Positions 29,585-40,047 of a DNA stretch of 53,170 bases are shown here, piece after piece. The stretch comes from Eubacteriales bacterium (GTDB lineage Bacteria; Bacillota; Clostridia; Oscillospirales; CAG-272): the NCBI GenBank assembly GCA_045602205.1, contig JAZSBF010000053.1, forward strand, positions 1 to 53,170, given 5' to 3'. Every line of letters begins with the position of its first letter. The stretch's first letter is position 1. The notes beneath the pieces are model-generated. The model was not told the origin of the DNA and did no database searches. It was given only the letters and a program-made list of their open reading frames with translations. The translations under genes were made by a program, and so were the position numbers.

Positions 29585-29622
29585 ATTGAATGGTGGATTT
29601 TTTCTTCCATTCAATATTTTTT
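29585..29622 (+). terminator. Terminator-like hairpin overlapping the predicted aspartokinase transcription start
   Basis: Stem ATTGAATGG / CCATTCAAT (9 bp, 13-nt loop), then ATTTTTTG. It may terminate the ABC transporter transcript. Confidence 0.4.
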
Positions 29623-29654
29623 GTAATATACTCAGAAAGGTATGGTATACATAT

Positions 29655-30968
29655 ATGATAAAAGTCGTAAAATTTGGCGGAAGCTCACTTGCCGATGCAG
29701 AGCATTTTAAGCAGGTAGCAAGCATAATAAAGGCTGACCCCGCCCGCAGATACGTTGTTCCCTCTGCCCCCGGCAAGAGATTTAAGGACGATGTTAAGGT
29801 AACGGATATGCTCTATAACTGTTACAATATGGTAAAAAAGCAGGAGAATATAGACGAATATTACAAGCTCATCTGCGACAGATACAACAGTATCATCAAG
29901 GAGCTTGGAATAGACTTTGATATCAGCGGAGAGTTGGAATACATCAAAAATGCGCTCCAGCACCGCGCGGGACGCGACTTTGCGGCGAGCCGCGGAGAAT
30001 ATCTTAACGGTCTTATCCTCGCAAAATATCTCAAATATGATTTCATCGATGCTGAAAATGTTATCTTCTTCAAAGAACACGGCTCGTTCGATGAGGAGCT
30101 CACAAACAAGGTAATGGCTGAGGAGCTTCTCAAGCATAAGTGCGCGGTAATCCCGGGCTTCTACGGCGTTATGCCCAACGGAACTATAAAGACCTTCTCA
30201 AGAGGCGGCTCCGACATAACGGGCTCTATCGTTGCGAGAGCTGTCGTTGCAGACCTCTACGAAAACTGGACAGACGTTTCGGGCTTTATGATGACAGACC
30301 CCAGAATAGTGGATAATCCCTGCGCTATCACAACCATCACATATCGCGAGCTCCGTGAGCTTTCTTATATGGGCGCTACCGTTCTTCACGAGGACGCTAT
30401 ATTCCCCGTAAGATACGCTAGTATCCCGATAAACATCAGAAACACAAACGATCCCGATGCGGCAGGTACTATGATAGTTGCCGCGACCTCCGACTACGAT
30501 GCTGATAAGGTCATCACGGGTATTGCGGGAAAGAAGGGATTTTCGGTCATCTCTATCGAGAAGGATATGATGAACTCCGAGATAGGATTTGGCAGAAAGG
30601 TCCTTGAAATACTTGAGGATAACGAGATATCCTTCGAGCATCTTCCCTCGGGTATCGACAATATGAGCATAGTTGTTTCCACCTCCTCGCTCGAGAACCG
30701 CAGAGACAAAATACTCAACACCATCGCAAGAAACGTAAAAGCGGATTCTGTCGCAATAGAGGACGGACTTGCACTTATCTCTATCGTCGGCAGAGGTATG
30801 GTCAAGTCAAAAGGAACTGCCGCAAGAGTATTTGATTCTATTTCAAACGCGGGTATCAACATAAAGATGATAGACCAGGGTTCGAGCGAAATATCTATAA
30901 TCGTGGGAATAGAAGAACACGATTTTGAAAAGGCTTTGAGCGCTATCTATCACGAGTTTGTAAAATAA
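29655..30968 (+). CDS. Aspartate kinase
   Basis: Reads MIKVVKFGGSSLADAEHFKQV with C-terminal ACT domains. I prefer the ATG at 29655 to the TTG at 29586, which lies inside the hairpin. Confidence 0.9.
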   Translation: MIKVVKFGGSSLADAEHFKQVASIIKADPARRYVVPSAPGKRFKDDVKVTDMLYNCYNMVKKQENIDEYYKLICDRYNSIIKELGIDFDISGELEYIKNALQHRAGRDFAASRGEYLNGLILAKYLKYDFIDAENVIFFKEHGSFDEELTNKVMAEELLKHKCAVIPGFYGVMPNGTIKTFSRGGSDITGSIVARAVVADLYENWTDVSGFMMTDPRIVDNPCAITTITYRELRELSYMGATVLHEDAIFPVRYASIPINIRNTNDPDAAGTMIVAATSDYDADKVITGIAGKKGFSVISIEKDMMNSEIGFGRKVLEILEDNEISFEHLPSGIDNMSIVVSTSSLENRRDKILNTIARNVKADSVAIEDGLALISIVGRGMVKSKGTAARVFDSISNAGINIKMIDQGSSEISIIVGIEEHDFEKALSAIYHEFVK

Positions 30969-30990
30969 CACTTAAAATTCAACACAAACA

Positions 30991-31035
30991 AAAGAGGTCT
31001 TTCGACAAACAAAATTGTCGAAAGACCTTGTTTTT
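30991..31035. terminator. Bidirectional terminator between the aspartokinase and HAD genes
   Basis: Stem AGGTCTTTCGACA / TGTCGAAAGACCT (30995-31028), T-rich on both strands. Confidence 0.75.
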
Positions 31036-31696
31036 AATTAAAGTTTCTGATTTCAAAGACCATTCCCACATGAAATAAATCCTTACAGATAACGCAGCTC
31101 CGACACCTCTCAAGAGTGCTCCTTGACTGATGTCCGTTACATACAAGTATGCAGTCCGCTCCGAGCGCTTCAGCCACCGCCGCATCGTGTTCTGTATCCC
31201 CTATAAAAAGCGGATTTGAATTGGGATGCGCGTCCTTCCATGCAAGAGCCAACTCCTTTTTGGAATAAGCGTGAATATTGTCAAGTCCCAAAACAGACTC
31301 AAAATACTTAGCTATATCCAATTTTTCTATCTGACCCTTCAGCATATTAAGCTCTGTTGCAGATAAGAGTATTTGCGGGATCTCAAGATTTTTAAAGTAT
31401 TCGAGTGCGTTTAGCGCATCTCGCTGAAGCCTCGAATCCTCGCTGTATTTGTTATAAAGCTCTACCCATATCGGAGCTAACACCTCATAAGGCTCTTTTT
31501 CAAAATCAAATCCAATTCTCTTATAATATTCTATTATAGGAAAACCGAAAACATTTCTATATTCATCTGCGTTCGCAATTACAGAGAGTCCTCTCTCCTC
31601 GAGCATTTTGTTGACCGAGCTCATACAAGCTCCAATGTCATCAAAAAGTGTTCCGTTAAAATCCCATATTATATGTGTATATCTGTTCCCTGTCAT
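31034..31696 (-). CDS. HAD-superfamily hydrolase (phosphoglycolate phosphatase-like)
   Basis: Contains HIIWDFNGTLFDD (DxD motif I) and FIGDTEHD (motif IV). AAAGAGGA lies 4 nt before the ATG at 31696. Confidence 0.85.
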   Translation of the reverse strand: MTGNRYTHIIWDFNGTLFDDIGACMSSVNKMLEERGLSVIANADEYRNVFGFPIIEYYKRIGFDFEKEPYEVLAPIWVELYNKYSEDSRLQRDALNALEYFKNLEIPQILLSATELNMLKGQIEKLDIAKYFESVLGLDNIHAYSKKELALAWKDAHPNSNPLFIGDTEHDAAVAEALGADCILVCNGHQSRSTLERCRSCVICKDLFHVGMVFEIRNFN

Positions 31697-31722
31697 TCTA
31701 TCCTCTTTGTTTTTCAAAGATC

Positions 31723-31755
31723 AAGGCTGCCGCGCTCTTGCGGCAGCCTTTTATT
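31723..31755. terminator. Terminator after the solute-binding lipoprotein gene
   Basis: Stem AAGGCTGCCGC / GCGGCAGCCTT. Confidence 0.65.
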
Positions 31756-31781
31756 ATAAACTCTGTAAGTTCAAATCAATT

Positions 31782-33587
31782 TTATTCTTTTGTGGGCGGT
31801 ACATGGTAGCCCTTTTCAGTGAGCCACTTGTCGTAGAGATAGAGCAAAGAGCATCCCTTGCCGTCATAACCCTCGGTTTTGCTGGAATAAGTTGCATCCA
31901 ACATACGAGTTATTACAGCGTCCTGACTCATCTCTTCCTTTACAGTGGCTTTCAATGCTTCGTAATCAGCATAAGTCTCACAAGCAAGTATTCTTGCATA
32001 AACCGATTCCGAATACTCTCTTACGTGCTTCATAGCCTCAAGATTAATGGTTTCTTTAGAATAAACATGGTAGAAACCAAAGTCAAGAACGGGCTCTGCG
32101 TCTCTGTTCTGTACCTTCTGGTATTCACGGATATCAATACGGTCTACGCCGTGCAAAGGATAGGAAAGAATAACATTTCCTGTCTTCTCGGGAGACATCA
32201 TATAGTTGTTGTTGAGTCTGTTGGCTGTCTTATACTCAACATCGTCCATCTCTGTGATAACTACCTCATAATTCTCACCCTCTACACCGTAGAGAATAAG
32301 GTTTCTGAAGTCTTCATTAGTGTTTATATAGGTAATGATGTCCATACATCTTGAAAGATCGCTCGTGTGTTTGCCCACAGCAAATCCGCTTGCAAATACG
32401 TCCTCAGATGTTATTTTAGGATTCTCCACAACAACGACTTCATATTCATTGGCATACTTCTCAGGAAGAGTTCCGTCGCCCTTAACGATACCAACAGCAA
32501 ACGGTCTCGTTTCATTTTCAGCACCGTAGTAGTTCTTCTCTTTGTACTCAAAGAGTGTCTTCATCTGAGCATCGAATTCACTGTTATCGAAAATGTTAGC
32601 GCTAACCTTACCGTCTTTATCGTAAACACCGTAAACGTTGTCTGCTACACCGTATTTATAAGAGGGGTCATAACTTGCGCCGATAACCGAGAAGCCCTTA
32701 TGTGAGAAACGATTATTTGCATCAAATCCAAGGTAAGCGATATTGGAAACATTAAGCTCGCCTGTTCCCGACCAAAGCGGTACGTACTGCGTGTCATACT
32801 TTGAAACATTGCTGAGAATATCCTTTACGTTATCACAGGTAACCGATGTAAAGGAATCCTTAGTAGCGGAATAGCTATACTTTGCAAGGACATCCTTCTT
32901 GAGAAGAAGGTATGTATACTCACCCATAGGCTTAGCATTGGGTATCATATAAGTTCCGCCGACAACAGCCTTAGAGTACTCGAGATAATCAGATACGAGG
33001 TAATCGTAAAGGAGCTTAGAGTAACCTGTAAGCTGTTCATCCATTGCGGAGACCTTAGCGTCCGCAACATACCCCATAAGAGTATCAAATCCGTCAAGAT
33101 AGAAGATGTCTACCTGATGATCCGAGATAGAAGGATACTTAAGCTCGGTCGTACCGAACTCTGTGATAACTGTTTCTTCCTCGGTAACTGCTGCGGTAGT
33201 CTCGGGGGGTCTGGTAGCCTCACCCTTTCTTATAGCTTCCTTGAGCGCCTGCTCAGCAGCCTTTTTAGCAGCTATTTCGTCGTCGGTCTTCTTGAAAGCG
33301 TCTGCGAGAGCCGCACTGTACTGCTCTGCGGTGAAGTAACGAATGTCAAGTTTAGCCTTGAACTTGGATTTTGTTATTCTGTTAGCCGCATCCTCAATCT
33401 TCTGAGCCTGCTCCTTACTGATCTCGCCGTCGGACATCAGATAAAGTGACAGGGTAACAGTGCTTTGGGATGCCTGCTTGTTAATTTCTTCAGCTGATTC
33501 TTCGTCTGTTTTCTTAGCGCAACCTGTAAACACAACAGACACCAACATTATCAAACACAAAAGAAGGCACAATAGTCTCTTGTTCAT
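31782..33587 (-). CDS. Large extracellular solute-binding lipoprotein (ABC SBP family 1, LplA-like), with no adjacent permease
   Basis: Lipobox FTGC, 601 aa, SBP-like blocks (GGTYMIPNAKPMGEYTYLLLKKDVLAKY). GGAGGA RBS. Confidence 0.72.
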   Translation of the reverse strand: MNKRLLCLLLCLIMLVSVVFTGCAKKTDEESAEEINKQASQSTVTLSLYLMSDGEISKEQAQKIEDAANRITKSKFKAKLDIRYFTAEQYSAALADAFKKTDDEIAAKKAAEQALKEAIRKGEATRPPETTAAVTEEETVITEFGTTELKYPSISDHQVDIFYLDGFDTLMGYVADAKVSAMDEQLTGYSKLLYDYLVSDYLEYSKAVVGGTYMIPNAKPMGEYTYLLLKKDVLAKYSYSATKDSFTSVTCDNVKDILSNVSKYDTQYVPLWSGTGELNVSNIAYLGFDANNRFSHKGFSVIGASYDPSYKYGVADNVYGVYDKDGKVSANIFDNSEFDAQMKTLFEYKEKNYYGAENETRPFAVGIVKGDGTLPEKYANEYEVVVVENPKITSEDVFASGFAVGKHTSDLSRCMDIITYINTNEDFRNLILYGVEGENYEVVITEMDDVEYKTANRLNNNYMMSPEKTGNVILSYPLHGVDRIDIREYQKVQNRDAEPVLDFGFYHVYSKETINLEAMKHVREYSESVYARILACETYADYEALKATVKEEMSQDAVITRMLDATYSSKTEGYDGKGCSLLYLYDKWLTEKGYHVPPTKE

Positions 33588-33834
33588 TTTTTCCTCCTTG
33601 GATATCGTTCCAGCTCATCTGAAACGGAGATATAATAATTCTATAATATTTTACACCAAAAACAAGCAATTGTCAAGTCATTTTTTACGCAAATTGCGTC
33701 CAAAAAGTCATCCAAAGCGCTCAGTCGAGGACCGCCATAGTCAATAAGCACAAACACGTGTGTTTGTTTTTGGTCTAAACGATGTTTTTTTATGCTTTAA
33801 TCACAAAATACAGATGTTATTTTTATAAAATATG

Positions 33835-35010
33835 TCAATCCAAAAATCCTCGAAGATGTCTTGCTCTGCTGGGGTGTCTTAGCTTTCTGAGCGCTTTAGC
33901 CTCTATCTGTCTGATACGCTCACGTGTGATGTCAAATTCCTTTCCGACCTCCTCAAGCGTACGTGTTCTGCCGTCGTAAAGACCGAAACGAAGCTTGATA
34001 ACGTGCTCCTCTCTGGGAGTAAGCGTATGAAGCTCACGCTCTATGACCTCGCGCAATATCGTAGCAGACGCAGCATCTGCGGGAGCAGGCGTATCGTCGT
34101 CGGGGATAAAGTCGCCAAGATGGCTGTCCTCTTCCTCGCCTATCGGGGTCTCGAGAGAAACGGGATCTTGAGCTATCTTCATTATCTCGCGAACCTTTTC
34201 AGCGCTCATTCCCATCTTTTCTCCAAGCTCGTCCGCGGTTGCCTCTCGTCCAAGCTCCTGAAGCATCTGACGGGTATAGCGGGATACCTTGTGAATAGTC
34301 TCAACCATATGAACGGGAATTCTGATGGTTCTTGCCTGATCGGCGATAGCTCTTGTTATCGCCTGTCTTATCCACCATGTAGCATAGGTAGAAAATTTAT
34401 ATCCCTTGCTGTAATCAAACTTATCAACAGCCTTCATAAGTCCGAGATTTCCCTCTTGAATAAGATCAAGGAAGAACATTCCCTTGCCAACGTATCTCTT
34501 GGCAATACTTACAACGAGACGGAGGTTAGCCTCAACGAGCTCGTTCTTAGCCACTTCTCTTTCTTCTTCGGAGGTGCTGTTGCTCATTATCTCTGCGAGC
34601 TCGCGCTCTCTCTCCGCGCTAAGCAGCGGAACTCGTCCTATCTCCTTAAGGTACATACGGACAGGGTCATCGATAGCAAGACCCTCCTGCTCGAGCATAC
34701 GCTCCATATTCTCGCCCGCGCCAAAGGATTCGACCTCGTTCTCTATCTCGCTTATCTCGGTGCTTGATATCTCACCAGGAAGCGGAATACCGTTGTCCTC
34801 GAGCGTCTCATAGAGCTTCTCAAGGCGATCCATATCATAGTCAAGCTCCTCTATCATCTCGTCGAGATCACTTGTCGAAAGCGCGCCTTTTTTGCCCTTT
34901 TCTATAAGCTCGTTAACGTCTATCTTTTTTTCTTCCTTGCCTTCAGACTTCTTCTCCTCACCTAAGTCAAGAGTGTTTTCTTCAACCATTTCTTTGATTT
35001 CTTCCACCAT
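33835..35010 (-). CDS. rpoD: RNA polymerase primary sigma factor
   Basis: Region 2 to 4 motifs are present ([30 protein letters not shown] and [30 protein letters not shown]). The ATG at 35010 lies 10 nt after AAGG. The track start at 35019 is a TTG. Confidence 0.95.
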   Translation of the reverse strand: MVEEIKEMVEENTLDLGEEKKSEGKEEKKIDVNELIEKGKKGALSTSDLDEMIEELDYDMDRLEKLYETLEDNGIPLPGEISSTEISEIENEVESFGAGENMERMLEQEGLAIDDPVRMYLKEIGRVPLLSAERERELAEIMSNSTSEEEREVAKNELVEANLRLVVSIAKRYVGKGMFFLDLIQEGNLGLMKAVDKFDYSKGYKFSTYATWWIRQAITRAIADQARTIRIPVHMVETIHKVSRYTRQMLQELGREATADELGEKMGMSAEKVREIMKIAQDPVSLETPIGEEEDSHLGDFIPDDDTPAPADAASATILREVIERELHTLTPREEHVIKLRFGLYDGRTRTLEEVGKEFDITRERIRQIEAKALRKLRHPSRARHLRGFLD

Positions 35011-35036
35011 TTTTCTCAATCCTTACTATATGTATT

Positions 35037-36827
35037 TTAATTTTTAATTGATCTGTTTTTTGTTTTTTCTTCTCTGAGCTTATTTCTCTTGCTCCTCAGA
35101 ATAAAATCGAGATCGTCAACCTTATCCGAGGCAGCTTTTTCTTCCTTGAGATTTCTTATATATTCAAGCAAAACTTCCTCGTCGTTTCTGGAGTATTTTC
35201 TTCTGTTCTGCTCTATCTGCTCGAGCTTTCCGATTTCGTCAAGCGAGAGATACTGACCGAGCATAGCTTTGGAAAATCCATATTCACCGCACTCAAGCTC
35301 ACAGATGACCTCAAAGACCTTCTTGCCGAAATCGGTAGAAAAATCCTCTGCCGAAAGCTCTAAAGCACCGTCTGCCGCCTTGCGTCTGAGCTCCTCGTAA
35401 ATAAGCATCATAGCTATGATAGCTTCCTCAGCGGCGTTTGCCCTTATATATTTTGCCGCATCTCGATTGACCCTGTTATCAAGATTTTTCGCCGCCATAA
35501 GAGCCTCTTGCGAACGCTTCGAGTCAGCCTCTTTTTTCATTCGCCGCCTTATACGTTCAACGTCTGTAACAAGAACCTCTCTCGAAAGATCGAGCGACTT
35601 TGCCGCCGATTGAATATATATTTCCCTCTCAACACCCGAATAATACCCCGCGATAATACGGCATATTTCTCCTGCTGCCTTTATTTTTTCCTGAGCTATC
35701 GAGATATCGTGTGCGGCAAGCACCTTATCAAGCTTGAAATCAAACCCGCTCTTACTCTCGGAAATAACCTTTCGGAAAGCATCCTTTCCGTATTTTTTAA
35801 TATATTCGTCAGGGTCTTTCGCTCCGCTGAGCTTGAGAACTCTCACGTCAACGCCCGCCTCGCCAAGCAATCGCATAGCCTTGTCTGCGGCAGTTTGACC
35901 GGCGTTATCCGAATCGTAAGTTATTACCACCTTTTTGGTATATTTCGCAAATATTCTTGCCTGTTCTGCGGTTATAGCCGTTCCAAGCGTTGCGACAGCG
36001 CTCTCAAAGCCTGCGGCGTGAAGCGCGATAACGTCCATATACCCCTCGCAAAGTATCATTTGCTCAGAGGCGTTGCTTTTCGCAAAATTAAGCGCAAAAA
36101 GATGCTTACTTTTTTTAAAAGCGGGAGTGTCGGACGTGTTCAGATATTTCGGCTTTGAATCGTCCATCACGCGGCCGCCAAATGCCACGATGTTTCCCAC
36201 AGTATCTATTATGGGAAATATGACCCTGTTTCTGAAATAATCGTAGGTCCTTCCGTTTTTCTGACTTTTTCCGCAGAGAAATCCCGTAACCAGCTCCTCG
36301 TCGGTAAACCCGAGCGAATGCATATGGTTTGTAAGAAGCCATGCGTTATTCGGAGAAAATCCGAGTCCGAAATGCTTTATAGTCGCCATGTCGAGCTTTC
36401 TTTCGTCACGAAGATATCTCATAGCCTCGCTTCCGTACCTCTCGTCAAAAAGGCACTCTCTGAAAAAGCGAGCGGCGGCAAGATTCATCTCGTATATCCT
36501 TTTGCGAGAAACAGATCTTTCTCTTCCATCGTCGCTGTCGTCTGTAATAGTTATACCCGCTCTCTGCGCCAGTACCTCAAGGGCATCGACGTAATCAAGA
36601 TTTTCGCTTCTCATAATGAAGCTGATAACGTCTCCCCCCGCTCCGCAACCGAAGCAATAAAAGCTCTTGGTTGCAGGAAAAACCGTAAAGGACGGGGTCT
36701 TTTCGCTGTGAAACGGACATAGCCCGTTAAGATTAGAGCCTGCTCGCTTGAGTGTGACGTAAGAGCCTATGACCTGTTCGATATCGTTGCGGTAAACTAT
36801 TTCATCTATTATTTCTCTTGATATCAT
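35037..36827 (-). CDS. dnaG: DNA primase
   Basis: Zinc-ribbon CPFHSEKTPSFTV...CFGCGAGGD and a TOPRIM domain (EGYMDVIAL). Confidence 0.95.
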   Translation of the reverse strand: MISREIIDEIVYRNDIEQVIGSYVTLKRAGSNLNGLCPFHSEKTPSFTVFPATKSFYCFGCGAGGDVISFIMRSENLDYVDALEVLAQRAGITITDDSDDGRERSVSRKRIYEMNLAAARFFRECLFDERYGSEAMRYLRDERKLDMATIKHFGLGFSPNNAWLLTNHMHSLGFTDEELVTGFLCGKSQKNGRTYDYFRNRVIFPIIDTVGNIVAFGGRVMDDSKPKYLNTSDTPAFKKSKHLFALNFAKSNASEQMILCEGYMDVIALHAAGFESAVATLGTAITAEQARIFAKYTKKVVITYDSDNAGQTAADKAMRLLGEAGVDVRVLKLSGAKDPDEYIKKYGKDAFRKVISESKSGFDFKLDKVLAAHDISIAQEKIKAAGEICRIIAGYYSGVEREIYIQSAAKSLDLSREVLVTDVERIRRRMKKEADSKRSQEALMAAKNLDNRVNRDAAKYIRANAAEEAIIAMMLIYEELRRKAADGALELSAEDFSTDFGKKVFEVICELECGEYGFSKAMLGQYLSLDEIGKLEQIEQNRRKYSRNDEEVLLEYIRNLKEEKAASDKVDDLDFILRSKRNKLREEKTKNRSIKN

Positions 36828-37840
36828 GTAGAACCGCCTCTCCAGACCTTAGGGATATAGAGCTCGCTATAAAGGTCTATCACATATCTGTCGGTCATTC
36901 CCGCAATGAAATCGCAAGCGCATCTTTCGACTCCCTCGATCTCACAGTTTTTTCTGTAAAGCGGGGGCATACGGTCGGGATCGTTTACGTAATACTCGTA
37001 AAGACGGATAAGCATCTCCTTTGCCTTTCCTTCTTCTCCCTTAGCTATCGGGTTTCTGTATACTCTTTCAAAGAGAAAGCTCCTAAGAGTGTCCATCGCC
37101 TCAGCTACGTCTTTCTCCATAGCTATACAGTTCTTATCGGTGCTTGCTCTTATCGTCGATGTGACCATCGAATTTATACGCTGCGAATGTCGGTCTCCAA
37201 GAATATCTCTTATCCATTTTGGAATATCCTCTATCGAAAGGATACCCGCGCGGCAAGCGTCGTCTATATCGTGATTTATGTAAGCTATCCTGTCAGCGTA
37301 TTTTACTATAACGCCCTCAAGTGTAGACGCCATATTCTTCCCTGTGTGATTTACTATACCGTCGCGCACTTCCCAGGTAAGATTGAGTCCCTCTCCGTTA
37401 TTTTCAAGCATCTCAACGACCCTGAGGCTCTGTTTGTAATGAGTGAAATCGGGGTCAAAGCACTGCTGCATGGCGTACTCACCCGCGTGTCCAAACGGCG
37501 TGTGACCGATATCGTGCCCCATAGCGACAGCCTCGGTGAGATCCTCGTTGAGTCTTAATGCCCTCGCGATGATACGCGCTATCTGTGTGACCTCAAGCGT
37601 ATGCGTCATTCTCGTACGGTAATGATCTCCCGTAGGAGCGAGGAACACCTGTGTTTTATTCATAAGTCTTCTAAACGACTGGGAATGTATTATCTTATCT
37701 CTGTCACGTTGAAATTCAGTCCTGTTCTCGCAGGGTGTATAGGGATGCTCTCTCCCTCTTGTGTTGGAGGTCAAAAAAGCATATGGCGACAGTGTTTCCT
37801 TCTCTCGTTCAAGGAATACGTCTCTGATACAAGTATTCAT
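36824..37840 (-). CDS. dgt: dGTP triphosphohydrolase-like HD-domain protein
   Basis: Contains RTRMTHTLEVTQIAR...GHDIGHTPFGH. Overlaps the dnaG start by 4 nt. Confidence 0.88.
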   Translation of the reverse strand: MNTCIRDVFLEREKETLSPYAFLTSNTRGREHPYTPCENRTEFQRDRDKIIHSQSFRRLMNKTQVFLAPTGDHYRTRMTHTLEVTQIARIIARALRLNEDLTEAVAMGHDIGHTPFGHAGEYAMQQCFDPDFTHYKQSLRVVEMLENNGEGLNLTWEVRDGIVNHTGKNMASTLEGVIVKYADRIAYINHDIDDACRAGILSIEDIPKWIRDILGDRHSQRINSMVTSTIRASTDKNCIAMEKDVAEAMDTLRSFLFERVYRNPIAKGEEGKAKEMLIRLYEYYVNDPDRMPPLYRKNCEIEGVERCACDFIAGMTDRYVIDLYSELYIPKVWRGGST

Positions 37841-38042
37841 TTTTCCTCCACATGATAAAGTAATTTTCCTTCAAGTATATATAATATACTCTCTTTTTTT
37901 CAAAATTACTCTTTTTTGACACATTTTTATTTAAAATATCGATATTGCGCGTCAAAAAATGAAAATTTCGACCTTTACGGTATATAATATTCAAAAAAGG
38001 TCACTCTAATCATACAGATCATCGTTTTATTCGGAGAAATAT

Positions 38043-38672
38043 ATGACAGGAGAAAAAATAAAGATAACCGCAGATCCCGAGCGCGAAAAAAAAGCCTTTT
38101 TCCTATTCATCGGAAAAAGGATATTTGATATAATCGCGGCGTATTTGATGCTTATCATAGCATATATCCCAATGGGAATGATCGCGATAGCGATAAAGCT
38201 CACTTCAAAGGGTACGGTAATTTTCAAGCAGACAAGAGTCGGAGTCGACGGGCGGCTTTTTATCTGTTATAAATTCAGAACTATGAGGAGCGACGCCCCG
38301 AGCGAGCTTTCCACCGCCGAGTTTTCGGACGCAAAGAGCTATATAACCCCCGTGGGACGTTTTCTCAGACGAAGCAGTCTTGACGAGCTTCCCCAGCTTT
38401 TTAACGTTTTATGCGGAGATATGAGCCTTGTAGGTCCTCGCCCGCTTATCCCAAGGGAAAAGGAGGTCCACAAAAAAAGAGCCGCGCTGGGAGTATATTC
38501 TGTACGTCCCGGAATAACGGGACTTGCGCAGGTGAGCGGCAGAGATATGCTTTGCGACGATGACAAAATAAGCTATGACGCAAAATACGTTCAAAATCTC
38601 TGCCTTTTGGAAGATACTAAAATAATCCTCAGAACTCTCGTAAAGATATTCAGCTCGGAGGATATCGCCTGA
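38043..38672 (+). CDS. Small monotopic phosphoglycosyl transferase (bacterial sugar transferase family)
   Basis: Contains [15 protein letters not shown]...[21 protein letters not shown]. Confidence 0.88.
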   Translation: MTGEKIKITADPEREKKAFFLFIGKRIFDIIAAYLMLIIAYIPMGMIAIAIKLTSKGTVIFKQTRVGVDGRLFICYKFRTMRSDAPSELSTAEFSDAKSYITPVGRFLRRSSLDELPQLFNVLCGDMSLVGPRPLIPREKEVHKKRAALGVYSVRPGITGLAQVSGRDMLCDDDKISYDAKYVQNLCLLEDTKIILRTLVKIFSSEDIA

Positions 38673-38681
38673 GCAGAGCCT

Positions 38682-39197
38682 TCAGCGGTTCTCGCCCCCA
38701 AGTATTTCAAGTAGGGCTTCATCGTAAGAGAGCTTTATAAGAAGCGGCTCGCCGCACTCTTCGGCAAAAACGCAAAGATATTTGGCAGGACGCATATCGG
38801 CACAGTAGTTAAAGACCTTGCGTCCCGACGAGCTCTTGCGTATATCCTTTTTCGCGCTCTTATCCGAGCCGTAAGTAATCACCGCGCGCTCTATACCCGA
38901 GAGCGAGATTCTGCAAACGGTCACTCGCGTTCTTCTTGTCACCTCGGTTACAAGAAGGTCACAGCCCCTGTCCTCGCCCTCGCAGGACGTGACCGAGTAT
39001 TGATATCTTTTAAAAACAAATCTTCCAAGCAGCATAAGCGCCGCGGCAAGCATAGTGAGGGCGGAAAGCTGCATTATCCAAGGGTAAGGAAGATTTGGAA
39101 GCTTTGAAAGAAACATCGCTATAAGCGAAATTATCAGTAAAGCCGCCGAGGTATACTCGGCGGTGTTATTGCTTTTGGACGGAATAAAATCGTACAT
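38682..39197 (-). CDS. Hypothetical two-TM membrane protein
   Basis: An ORF with two N-terminal hydrophobic helices and a soluble C-terminal domain. No family recognised. Confidence 0.55.
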   Translation of the reverse strand: MYDFIPSKSNNTAEYTSAALLIISLIAMFLSKLPNLPYPWIMQLSALTMLAAALMLLGRFVFKRYQYSVTSCEGEDRGCDLLVTEVTRRTRVTVCRISLSGIERAVITYGSDKSAKKDIRKSSSGRKVFNYCADMRPAKYLCVFAEECGEPLLIKLSYDEALLEILGGENR

Positions 39198-39232
39198 AAG
39201 AGGTCTCCTATACTAAAGTTAACAAAATAGTG

Positions 39233-39261
39233 TTGAAATCCTGCGAAATAAGTGATATAAT
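39233..39261 (+). promoter_or_regulatory. Candidate promoter for 39300-43275 gene string
   Basis: TTGAAA (39233-39238), a 17 nt spacer, then TATAAT (39256-39261). Confidence 0.45.
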
Positions 39262-39299
39262 GTTTAATTATACTATAATTATAATCGTAAGGAGATATA

Positions 39300-40046
39300 A
39301 TGTCAAGAGCAAGCAGAGGATTTAGAATATTCGGATTCCTTATAAAGTTTTCAGCTACGCTTGTGGTAGCCTCGGTATGCGGACTGTTGTTTTGGCGTAT
39401 TTTTTCATCAAATACCCCAAAATCGCTAACGAATATATCGGTCAACGATGCCGTATACGACGCGTACTCTAACGACGAGAAGCTCTATATTTTCTCTCAG
39501 GAGCAGAATTCCACAACGAGAGCCGAAAACAACGCGGGATATTTCTCGGTCACACATACCGCCTTTATTCCCGAGGCAAATCAGATACAGGTCGTTCTCA
39601 GATACAACAACAGCACCATAAAGTATCTTGTTGAGGATAAAGAGCTTTCCACTGTCCCCTCGCGAGATGAAGATCTTTTCGACGTCAATCTCTTTTTCTC
39701 AGTAGACATCACTCCCGACAACAAGGATGATAACGCTATCATCTCGGAAGAAGCCACAAGAACCTTCAGATGCTCCTCGGAGCTTGTAAGATCCGAGAAA
39801 AAGAATCTTTACAATTACAGAAAGTTCGTTTTTGACCTCGATAAATGCGGAGAGGACCTTAAAGAGCTTCTCGATTCAGGAGTTTTGCTTGCGGTATACG
39901 CAGACATATATTACGTAGAGGATATGGATCTTAGCGAGAAGGCTTACGGAACGCTCTGTCTTTACGATTACGTGACCGATATAGAGGACATGCCTCTTTC
40001 TTCGGCTGAGAAAAAAAGCGTAATGGCTTGGAAGGCAAAGGACTGA
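39300..40046 (+). CDS. Hypothetical membrane-anchored protein
   Basis: N-terminal TM helix (IFGFLIKFSATLVVASVCGLLFW). AAGGAGA RBS. No family recognised. Confidence 0.62.
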   Translation: MSRASRGFRIFGFLIKFSATLVVASVCGLLFWRIFSSNTPKSLTNISVNDAVYDAYSNDEKLYIFSQEQNSTTRAENNAGYFSVTHTAFIPEANQIQVVLRYNNSTIKYLVEDKELSTVPSRDEDLFDVNLFFSVDITPDNKDDNAIISEEATRTFRCSSELVRSEKKNLYNYRKFVFDLDKCGEDLKELLDSGVLLAVYADIYYVEDMDLSEKAYGTLCLYDYVTDIEDMPLSSAEKKSVMAWKAKD

Positions 40047-40047
40047 T

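Noticed and set aside
29487-29654. A lysine riboswitch or T-box upstream of aspartokinase
   Set aside because: Only about 70-100 nt separate the promoter from the start codon. No L-box or T-box conserved core is visible.
37809-38227. Small ORFs 37809-37994 and 38027-38227 (minus strand) in the dgt / sugar-transferase intergenic region
   Set aside because: They are AT-rich promoter DNA with no RBS. The second overlaps the start of the well-supported sugar transferase gene.
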